Source: Utricularia gibba
Taxonomy: Eukaryota; Plantae; Magnoliophyta
NCBI GenBank assembly: GCA_002189035.1
Contig: NEEC01000007.1
Span: 2,108,001-2,172,000 of the forward strand
Direction: 5' to 3'
Length of the DNA stretch: 64,000 bases
The notes below the pieces were generated by a model, which was given only the letters and a program-made list of their open reading frames with translations, had not been told where the DNA came from and ran no database searches. Of this stretch, positions 53,150 to 64,000 are shown piece by piece. The first letter of the stretch is position 1, and every line of letters begins with the position of its first letter. The position numbers were made by a program, and so were the translations under genes.

Positions 53150-54500
53150 GGGAAGGTACATTCTTGGCCTGGGGCATTCTTCATTGCGTTTGTTGTCGAT
53201 GTCTAGCATAGGCCGGGCAGTTCACCTACGGCGGAATAATCCCCATTCAAATGGTAATCGGATTCCGGTCTACAGTTTAATTGCATGCCAGGAATAGGAT
53301 CGAGTTTATTCGAATCCAAGCTTATGATGCCGTCATGGTGCAATTAAAATTGCGACTGTGTGCTGCTAGCTAGTCTTGCTGCCGCTGTCAAATGCCTTGT
53401 TCTTCCTATCTGCCGTTTGAAGGTACATTTGAGACCTCCCGAATCCAAATCTACGAGGAAGGGCCTTAAAATTTCCATCGACCAGATTCTGGGCATCAGC
53501 TTGTGGAGTCTGCGTTGCAATGCCCCTTTGAATAATCTTTAGCCAGCTTCTGATTCCTATCCTATACTACGAGTGAGTTGCTCTGGAAAACTTATTGGAA
53601 GAAAAGCAAGCGCAAATGTGTGGATGGTGTGGTCGGCCCAGCACGGTCCATTTGGACACATGGGCTGCACTGTCCCTGCCCCAGATTGAATACCCAAGGT
53701 TCTTCAAATAATTGAATTGTAAGCCTTTTGTCATAAAAGTTGCAGGAACACAAAGCTGGATTTGACGTTTAGTCAAGGGGTGGAATGTTCACCATTTGAG
53801 AAGTGTACTCGCACGCACACCCGATCTAATCTCAGGGAAAACCCTGGTGGCATGACACACTCTTTCAACACAGCTGAGGAGTGGATCGCATGGACAGGAA
53901 TATGATTGTGTTGGAGGAGACGGGGAGCCGTGCATGATTTGAAACAAAACAAGGTAGGTAACAGCATTCGCCTACTCCTGCTCATGTGTACGGTCATGTA
54001 CTTGAAAAATGATGACCACTCCCCGATGCTGAAATGCTAATCTGCGCGTAGATTTTGATGCCTTGCAATGGTTAACACTCCAGGGAACGCATTGGGATCC
54101 AGCCAAGTTTTGGATTTTTCGGGTGTTGATGGCAGACTCAGGGATCCAGAGCGGGCGGGGCGGCATTCCCTTCTCTTTGAGCCGGAAATTCAAAGATCCC
54201 CTTGTTAAATCCCAGCGATCCCTGGGATTCTTTTTGTCTCACAAAGAACACACACCACACAGGAAAGAGCTGTGTTGGGGTTTTAGGAAATTTGAGTTGT
54301 GAAAAACGGTCGGGCGTTGCGACGCCGACCCGGGTGTGTACTCCACAGTCGGAGCTTGAAATCATGTCTTGTTCAGAAAGCCCTGATCCAGGAACAAGAT
54401 CTCCATCTTCCGTGCTTCGGACAGGCTATCTCTATCTTTTGCTCAATTGGATGGTCAAAAAACACATCATTGCATTCGAGATCAGACAAGTTCCTCCTCT
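53150..54500 (+). mobile_element. Degenerate, 5'-truncated LINE (L1-type) ORF2 C-terminus with RNase H remnant
   Basis: Across frameshifts: RLLSMSSIGR (53187), IPVYS (53262), WDPAKFW / VDG..RDPERAG / GGI (54093-54166), ELCWGFRKFEL (54267-54299). These resemble plant LINE LLS.AGR..L..SIPVY and RNase H W.PP..GW.K.NVDG..GNPG.AG.GGI and LAW..GFRK. Confidence 0.55.
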
Positions 54501-56521
54501 TTTTTTTGGTTATTTATTTGTATTGTCCCCAAACCCTATCCACCCCGTACGGAAAACATAATTGCACATATGGTAAGATTTATGATATGTTCTATTTAGT
54601 ACACATTTTTATTCTTAAAATGATAAATTAATAATCTCACACAACATCATTACTTTTCATTTTTTTAAAATGATAACCTAAAATCAACTATTTTTTTATT
54701 CTTATTTTCAATCATTCATCTTTTTTCTTCTCTTTTAATTCATTTTTCTTAAAAAGGGTTTCAAGAATAATCAAAATAATATTAACATTTTTATGAATGT
54801 GGTCCCAAACAAGATTTATGAAAACATGTGGGAAACTCTGAAATAATGAACTTATGGTATGTATCCGAAATTAATTCTTTATTTTCTAACACAGCACATT
54901 TGTTACTGTGGATAAGACCGACCCGTTCCATCACATATATTTAAAATGCAATATATTCATCGTAATAAAATAAAGAAGTTGATATTAAATATAACATTTT
55001 TTTTACCAACATATAATAAAAAAATGGAACCAATTTTCTAAATGGGCCCCATACCACGGAGCAAAGACAAGGCTTTCAAACTGGCAGATTCTCGGCTTTC
55101 GAACCCCGAACGAAAAAATCACTTGCATCGAAGCCCTGAGGCCCTGAATCATCACTCAGATCCTCAGTTATTTTTTAATTGCGTACTCCTATTATTCATT
55201 TTTATTATTTATTAAATTTATAAAAATAATCTTTATTATTGCACCCTTATTACTATTATTTAAAACTTGTTATAATTAGCTTTTAATATTTCAATATAAC
55301 CATAACATTGATCTCAAATAATTTAATATCTCTAATATTTGAAGTAATTTTGAAAAAAATTAGTCTTTTACTAATCGTGATTAATTTATTTTATATTTTA
55401 AATTAATTATATATTATATTCAAATAGTAAAGGATAAAAAATGGTTACAATATACAATTTTTAATTTTACTGACACATTAAATTTTGAAAAATTAGTTAT
55501 ATCGGATATATAGAGTTTTGGAGATCAGTTGGGATGAAATATACAATTTATATTAAAAATTGTAAAATATTAAACATTGGGGTTTTTTCACGTAATTTTC
55601 TCTTTTTTAATATTTTATAAAAAGTCCCGGGAATACCCTCAGCTTACCGCGCCTTAGAAGGAGGGCATGGAGAGAATTTCACATTTTTATTTTATATACA
55701 TTCTCTAAATAATTTTTTATTTAAATAAAGATAAATGGTGAAATACGTTTTAAAAAAATGATTCAATTGGGATTCTATATAAAATAAAATATGTTTCTAG
55801 ATTTTTAAATTTTTTAAATTAAAAATTACCAATTTTTGATATATCAAATTGTTTGCAAAATAGCTTTGTAGAACTATATTAAATAGAGCTTAAATTTTTC
55901 ATTAATTAATATATTTTCATAAAGAATACCAAAATTCTAGATAAAAAATTAAAGAGAATATTTGAATTTAATTAAATATTAATTACCAAAAAGTAAGTTA
56001 ACGTTATATTTCCATCCGAAACGTGCACTTGCCTCTTCTATATATACATACCGTCGTGTATTATTAATATTGTTAGTAAATTTGACCACCGTCGGATTGG
56101 CAAGTTGTTGTAGATGGACGGTCAAGATTAACGGTAACCTTGTAAAGCTTCGTTTCCTTGTGACGCTGGGTTTGTTCTGTACTGGTTTTTCTACTTGGAG
56201 CAGAGGAAGGGATGAAAAGTTGCTATAAATGAGTCTCCATTATTTGACGGTCAGATGATCGTGCCTTGTGTGTGTGTATATAATATGGAGGCGCGCTGTT
56301 TTCTTTCTCTCCAATGAATGGGTAGGAACTGATCAAACGGGGCGTTTTTAGTTCATGAACTCAGAGTTTTCTGTACCTGCATCGCTGTCGGGCAACGCGC
56401 ACTTCTGTTTTCTTTACGAGAAGATAAAAGATCCCTTTTTTATTCTGGGTTTTTTTGTTTTGGTTTTGGGTGTTGAGGTGTTTTAAGAAAGGGACTTGTA
56501 AGTGTTTTTCAAACTAGTGGA

Positions 56522-58876
56522 ATGACTGCGGAGCGATTCATGGGTGATTTTGAGGAATATCCTCGCGGTCTTCGTGTTCTTGCTGTCGATGATGATCTTA
56601 TTTGTTTGAAGTTGTTGAAGGCTCTGCTTCAAAAATGTCAATACAAAGGTATGTTTTTTTTGGGGTTCCCTGATTGTGATCGAGTCTCGTTCTTGTGTTA
56701 TCTTTCCTGGACTTTTTTTTTCTGGGAATATTGGAATCTTCTATTCGTAAAGTGGGGATGATAGAAAGATGTCAAATAATTCGTTTGTGTTGCTAAGTGT
56801 CACGTTCTAGTGCATTTTACTTAACGTAAAGCTGTAGATTTTGACAAGCTTCTGTTTCCCTCTTTTTGTTATAAAATGCCTATGAAGTTGATTCGTCTAC
56901 TTTTGATATTTGAAGTTGAAACCGCGAATCAAGCAAGAGTGGCACTGAAGATGTTGCGAGAAAACAGGGACAGATTCGACTTGGTGATCAGTGATGTCCA
57001 TATGCCAGACATGGATGGCTTCAAGCTCTTGGAACTTGTTGGTCTCGAAATGGATCTTCCTGTCATCAGTTCGTTACTTTCTCCTTTCATTCTCACTGTC
57101 TTATCACTGTTTCTTCCTTTACAGTCCCTGATATTGCGATTGCTGATCGTTTTGATTTCGCAGTGTTGTCTGCAAATAATGATCCTAAGCTTGTTCTCAA
57201 AGGAGTTACACACGGTGCTTGTGACTATTTGGTTAAGCCAGTCAGATTCGAGGAGCTGAGCAACATATGGCAACATGTAATCCGAAGAAAGAAATTTGTT
57301 TCAACGGGCCAGGCCGGATCCATTGATCAAGCTACATCCATTCAGCAAAACTGTGAAGACCATTCCTCTATCCATGAAAATCAGGATGTGAATGTCAACC
57401 GAAAGCGGAAAGATGAGGATGATGACTCTGAAGGTGATGATCCTGCATCACAGAAGAAGCCTCGAGTTGTCTGGTCTATGGTCCTTCATAGGAAATTCGT
57501 TGCCGCAGTGAACCAATTAGGATACGACAGTAAATACATACTTCTTTGCTTCATGGTGTCCCATATTTACTGCATCTTTGTAGTTGTAACTCCTTCTTTT
57601 GCTCCTATGCAGAAGCCGTTCCTAAGAGGATTCTTGACTTGATGAACGTTGAAGGTCTTACACGTGAAAATGTAGCCAGTCATCTTCAGGTAATCTATCA
57701 CCTTCTCCATAGCTCCATTAACTGCTGTTTTTCTTGCATGTCTTCTGTATGCTGATTTTTGTCTTCTCTGTCGCAGAAGTATAGGCTTTACCTGAAACGA
57801 ATCAGTTCAGACGCAAAGCAAGCTGCTGCTCTGAATTCTCAGTGCATTCCCTCGTATGCTGCCAGTCTAGGAGACATGTATTTTTCTGCAGCAGGAAGGC
57901 ATGGAACTTCTGCTCGATCATCTTACACGACTGGAGAGATGCTCAGACGACCAGATGCTTCTTCTGGTCTGGGAAGCCTTCGTGGTCTCATGCCTCCATC
58001 TCTTATCCAACTGAATCACGTTAATGGCCTTGGCACACCACTTCCATGCCTACCATCCATTACGCAAAATCCAAGTGGATCTTTGAACTTAGATCAGTTT
58101 CAAATGAACAGGCATGCTTCGGATGCGGTGCATATTGATCAATCCAGAATTTATGAAGCTTCGAACATGCTCAATGGAAAAAGGGACGCTGCTGGAAGTT
58201 CAACCTGTATTTTGAATGGTCCAGGAGCCTTCAGGAACCATACATCTCACAATCTTGCTACTTTCAACTCTGTTGGTCTTGGTGCTTCAATCCTCCATGA
58301 TGCTGTGTCAAAAACGCAGCCAAGTTCCCTGGCTTATGCTCCTTTTCATTCCCAGCTGCCAGCGAACACCAAAGGGGATTGCAGCTTCTCAGCTAGTCCT
58401 TTTCTGCAGAATGATACTAACCACTCACTGAACTCTGCCCAGGCAGCAAACCAGAGATGGGGAGTGCAGGACTTGGACTTTGATCATGGTTTCCATCCCG
58501 GCGATCCATCCAACTATGACATTGGAACCACCATCCGACCCACAAGCACTTTTACCAATACAATGCAGCAGAGCATGAGCAAAAACTTCCCAACCCAACC
58601 AGGAACTGCAGCAAACGAAACCTTCTCACTGTTGCAAACCAAGTCACCAGACGAGCTCATGAACCGCAGCTATGACCCTTTCGAGGAAATGGTTGCTGCC
58701 ATGATCAAACGGGTAAGACTTAAAACCAAGGATAATGCAAAGAGAAATGGCTGTGGAAACTTTGCTTAGCTCCTGCCTGATCTTTTGCTTGTTGTATGAT
58801 TCATCATCCGCAGGAAGAAGATGAGGCGGTTTCAAGCTGTGATTTCGAGCTGGATGACTATGCTTATGGCGTATGA
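56522..58876 (+). CDS. Type-B response regulator, ARR10/ARR12-like
   Basis: 6 exons: 56522-56648, 56916-57068, 57164-57529, 57613-57689, 57777-58712, 58814-58876. Receiver [22 protein letters not shown]; [33 protein letters not shown]. Confidence 0.94.
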
Positions 58877-60286
58877 GGCGCAGCCCGTTGGAGTACTCTT
58901 TTGGAAACAACCTGCGGTCTTTTGATCTGAGCAGCTCAGCTGCAGTGTATGGAGACAACACCTTGTTTTGTAACATGTCAAATTTTGGTAACTTCCACTC
59001 AATTCAGGTTTCAGGTTTCATTTGTACCCAAAAATAATTAATTAGGAAGAAGAGGGATTAACAATTAAAATCATAGAATTAGTTTTTGAAAATAATAAAA
59101 TAATCTGGGTTTTAAAAATTATTTAATTTTATATTGGAGAGATGAAATTACTGTTCTACCCTCCACCCCGCAAAAAAATATCCAAATTTTATTAAAAATT
59201 GATTTTCGAGTGAAAATTAATCCACAATATCTTCTTAATCGAAAATTTATTACTATTTGTATAGTTGATGATGGAGGGGCCGGATTTAGAAAGTGTTGGC
59301 CGTACAGTTAGTTATAAAGTATGTAGACATTAGAAATAAACAGGGGAAGATGCAAGAAGCAATTTTTGTTTTTGAAAATTGAAATGTGGTTTGTTTTCTG
59401 TATTCATCACGTGACTGAATAGGGAGGAGGGAAGCAGCGGCGGAGAGGGCAGGACAGGGATGCGTTGCAATTTCACCACAATTCACTTGCTACTCTCCAT
59501 CTTCTTCCTTTCTCGCCTCACCTTTCTGCAATCGGCGGGGGCTGGCGTCACTGAAGATCTGCTTGGCGATTCCCTGCGTGCTGTTCGTATTGGTGCGGGC
59601 GTTTTCTGACTGATAATATCTCTTTCTTTTTTTTTTTTTTTTTTGAGAAAGACTGAAGATCTGCTTCAAAAATCGGCTATTTTCTTTTGAGTTTTTTTTC
59701 TTGTCTTCTGTCTCCGATCTTCGTGGTATTATTGTTTTGAAGGTGCGATCTTTAGTTGCTAGCACTGAAAACACCAGTCGTTGATCTTTGTTATTTTTTT
59801 TTTGTCGGGGGAATAGCATGTGGTGCCTGGGCTGGGCAGTTGTGTCCCGGATGTTTTTTCTTTCCCTCATTTTTCGTATTTTTGGTGTTTACTGATTTAG
59901 AGTCCAATGCTTGCGAGCCATTAGCTTGTCTTGAAGATTCATGGAAACTTTTTATAGAATCTAATTAGTTAGCTATTTTTATGTTTTGGGCTGATTGATG
60001 GTGATTTGAAGGAAACTATTGGGTGCTGTGTGTATTTGTACTAAGCCCTGCGGTTTTTTTTATGAAGATTTATTTTTCTTCTATCATTATGTTACCCGAT
60101 CATTCAGTTTCCTGCTTTCTTTTGCTTTTCTGGTTTTGTATTGAATATTGCTTCACAAGGTGATCAATTTGAGCTCCCTTTGTGGTTTCAGTTTCAGGCA
60201 TAGAAAGTCCTCTGCTTTGTCAAAGTATGTGATTGAAGATACTCAAGAGCAGGTGGGAATCGATTGGCTGGTGAGTTGCATGGGTA

Positions 60287-63200
60287 ATGATGCCAGAATT
60301 GCGTAGTGGAGCAAGGAGGTCAAAACGGCTTGGAGATCTTCAATCTAACCCTCAACCAGAAACCCAAGAACTGAATTTTCTTCCGGCTGCTCAGAATAGA
60401 ACCGGGAGAAGAGGAAGAGGAAGGGGAAGAGGAAATGCATCCGCTGTAGCAAAAGGTCCTTCTGCCGCTACACCTTCTAGGCCAGCTGCAGCTGGTAGAG
60501 TCAGGGGCGTTCGATTGATTGATTTAGACCCTCAACCACCTTGTGAGGCTCTTCCTCAACCTGTTGGAGGAAGGGTTGGGGATCAGGCTTTGAATAAAAT
60601 AGAAGGAGTTGCAGTTAAAGAAGTTGCCATGGAAGGAGGTAGTGCGGACAAAATAATGGGAGTTGAAGAAGAGTCTAGTACAACTCCCGTTCCTGACAGG
60701 GTAACTCATATTTGCTTATTTTTTTGTATAGTATTTTGGATAGGTGAAAACTATTCCGATGGATTTACACCAGCTCGTCTGCTGATTTTGTTGTTCCAGG
60801 TACAGGTGGGCAATTCCCCTATTTACAAAACAGAAAGAAAACTTGGCAAAGGTGGATTTGGCCAAGTTTATGTTGGCCGAAGAATAAGCGGTGGCTCAGA
60901 AAGAACTGGACCAGATGCTGTAGAGGTAATATTGTCTGTTTTTATTTGATTGTTCAAGGTTCTGGACATCTCTAGATTTACAGATCACTAAGTTTTCTCA
61001 TCTCTACTATGTAAAAAATCTCCTTACAGGTAGCATTGAAGTTTGAACACCGTAACAGTAAAGGCTGCAACTATGGCCCCCCATACGAGTGGCAAGTTTA
61101 CAAGTAAGATTTTTTGTTGCCTATCTAACCAAATGTTTTGTTACTCAAAGGATGTAGTAGTATTCTCACGTGAGTTCCTTCGTGAAGTAACTTAAATGGA
61201 TGCTATGGGGTTCCATCAGTTCACTACAAGGGTCAACAAGGAGACTTTTACATTTTGGTCAGTTTTTAAATCTTGCACTTGTTGCAAACATTGCAGCTTT
61301 TGACTATTTTCTTTCCCAGGTAATGGACATGCTAGGACCGAGTCTCTGGGATGTTTGGAGTTCTTTGGGCCAGTCGTAAGATATCTCTCTTTGTTTAGAT
61401 CATGCTGACTGAGATGCATACTTAATATATAATGGCTGAGATTCTGTAACAGGATGTCGCCAAATATGGTAGCGTGCATTGCAGTGGAAGCAATCTCAAT
61501 TCTTGAAAAGCTGCACCTTAAAGGGTTGGCAATCTTGCTGATCATAGGATATTGATACAATATTAGTCATAATTCTCTACATTCCCCTTTCAACTGTTGA
61601 TTTTCTGTTGGGGTGTTCGTTTCCAATCCAGATTTGTTCATGGAGATGTGAAACCTGAGAACTTTCTTTTGGGTCAGCCTGGAACTGTTGAAGATAAAAA
61701 GCTTTATCTTATTGATCTTGGACTGGGTACTTCTTCTGCCCTCTGTGCCGACCTTCCCCCCTCCCTCGATCTAACCATCTGAAGGTTGATAAATTTTATG
61801 TTTCGTCAGCTTCAAAGTGGAAGGATTCGTCATCTGGCCAGCATGTTGAGTATGATCAAAGGCCAGATATATTCAGGTGTGTGGGTAGGTTTGTTGAGCT
61901 ATTTAGGCTTTTGGACTATGAGTGACTGTTAGTTTTCTGCAGAGGCACGATAAGGTATGCAAGTGTGCATGCCCACTTGGGCCGTACAGGAAGCAGAAGG
62001 GATGACCTTGAGTCACTGGCCTACACGTTGATATTTCTCATCAAGGGGAGGCTCCCATGGCAAGGCTATCAGGTCACTGAATCACGAAATGAGTTGCTTA
62101 ATATGTCTTATCAAATCATGTGTAACTCGTATTTTTTTCTACCTTCTCTGATCCAGTCCCCCCACCCCCTCTCCCCGTGACTTCTTTTTTGAAAAAATGA
62201 TCAGGGGGAAAATAAGAGCTTCCTAGTATGCAAGAAGAAAATGGCAACCTCTCCAGAGTTGATGTGCTGCTTTTGTCCTGCACCATTCAAACTGTTCCTC
62301 GAGGCTGTTACGAATATGAAGTTTGATGAAGAGCCGCATTATTCCAAGCTTATATCTCTCTTTGAAAGTCTCATTGAACCATGCACATCATTGAGACCAA
62401 TACGGATTGATGGGGCTCTTAAGGTATTTTGCCAACTGTAGTAGGTTGACTGAGTCAGCATACATGAAGTCCTTATTTGGCCTTGAGCACACTTCCATAG
62501 GGTTTTGCTACAACCTTTTTGTTTATGGATTAGGTTGGTCAAAAACGTGGGAGGCTGCACATCAGTCTGGAAGATGATGAACAGCCAAAGAAGAAAGTGC
62601 GGATGGGTAGTCCTGCTACTCAATGGATCTCAGTGTATAATGCACGTCGCCCAATGAAGCAGAGGTTATCTTTTAATTAACAAGTAGTTCCAGGTGTTGA
62701 GTGGAGTTTAACTTTCAAAATTCTGAAAAAAATGTTTTATTAGGAAATTTTTCATTTCTCTGTAGTGATTTGGTTTGCAAGGCGCTCTATTGGATTTATT
62801 GATTCTGTATTCTATTTCTGAATTGAATCTCTGGCTTCATTCGAGAATTTTCCATCTAGTCATAGATTTCTACTGAAAAAAAATAGAACAGCTTTCCTTG
62901 CACAAAAAATGCATTGTAACAGTGTTGTTCTGTTGTCCATGAATAAATAGTATGGTGTTTCTCCTTGCAGATATCACTATAATGTTGCAGACTCCAGACT
63001 TCGCCAGCATGTAGACAAGGGCAATGAAGACGGTTTGTATATTAGCTGCGTGGCTTCAGCTGGAAACCTTTGGGCTTTGATAATGGATGCAGGAACTGGC
63101 TTTAGCTCCCAGGTGTATGAGTTATCGACTGTATTTCTTCACAAGGTTGGTTGTAAATCTGGTCCTACTGTCTCGGCATTGTTTTTCAATCTTTCATTTA

Positions 63201-63994
63201 CCTAATATTTTCATTTTCCTTCAGGACTGGATCATGGAACAGTGGGATAAGAACTATTACATAAGTTCCATAGCTGGAGCAGCTAATGGAAGTTCGCTGG
63301 TGATCATGTCAAAAGGTATTTATTACAATACATAGCCTGATTTTTAATCCTATCTTGATGTCACAACTTTCATTTAGTTTGGTGGGTTTGTAAGCTTCAC
63401 TTTGAGGCTGATTGATTTCCCACTTATTTTCTGTGTACCTGTAGGAACCCCTTACACTCAGCAGTCATATAAAGTTAGTGAATCATTTCCTTTCAAGTGG
63501 ATTAACAAAAAGTGGAAAGAAGGCTTCCATGTAACATCGATGACCACGGCTGGTAGTCGTTGGGGTGTTGTCATGTCTAGAAACTCTGGTTACACCGAGC
63601 AGGTAGATATTTTGGTGCAACAACAGAACACCTCATTTTCACATCTGCTAATGAATGGAGCTCTCCGTAGGTTGTTGAGCTTGATTTCCTGTATCCGAGC
63701 GAGGGCATACATCGTCGTTGGGAAAGTGGCTACCGCATAACCTCCATGGCTGCTACTACCGATCAAGGGGCATTTATCCTCAGCATCCCTCGTCGTAAAG
63801 TGATGGATGAAACACAGGAGACTCTTCGCACATCAGCGTTCCCCAGTACGCATGTAAAGGTACCACCCCTTTTCATTGCAGACTTGTGATGTTGCGCAGA
63901 TTGTAGTTTACGATGGATTTATCATAACGTACAGGAGAAATGGGCGAAGAACTTGTACATCGCATCTATATGCTATGGGCGCACTGTTTGCTGA
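60287..63994 (+). CDS. Casein kinase 1-like MUT9-like kinase (MLK/PPK), complete in window
   Basis: About 16 exons; [58 protein letters not shown], final exon [19 protein letters not shown] with stop at 63992-63994. Confidence 0.95.
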
Positions 63995-64000
63995 AGGGAA

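Noticed and set aside
53100-53600. Minus-strand LINE ORF1 (DUF4283-like) reading
   Set aside because: Weaker than, and incompatible with, the ordered + strand ORF2/RNase H motifs over the same bases.

Overview
Gene-dense angiosperm nuclear DNA, probably eudicot (species not determinable here), with short GT-AG introns and AT-rich spacers. In order it holds: the 3' end of a GDSL lipase, EMG1/NEP1, a second GDSL lipase, folylpolyglutamate synthase (-), a BLADE-ON-PETIOLE gene with a 1-nt frameshift, INO80, a UUAT-type nucleotide-sugar transporter, two intronless group-O UDP-glucosyltransferases (-), a decayed villin remnant (-) that the ORF track misses, GnT-II, a bHLH48/60-like gene (-), an LRR receptor pseudokinase, PGIP (-), an FTIP3-like MCTP (-), a degenerate LINE remnant, a type-B response regulator and a complete MUT9-like casein kinase 1. 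The most notable unexplained items are the villin relic lying between a promoter and UGT #2, the BOP frameshift, and a hairpin-rich non-coding island (about 11.93-12.37 kb) behind a Site II/telo-box promoter. No previously undescribed system is demonstrated. All family assignments come from motif recall, not database searches.
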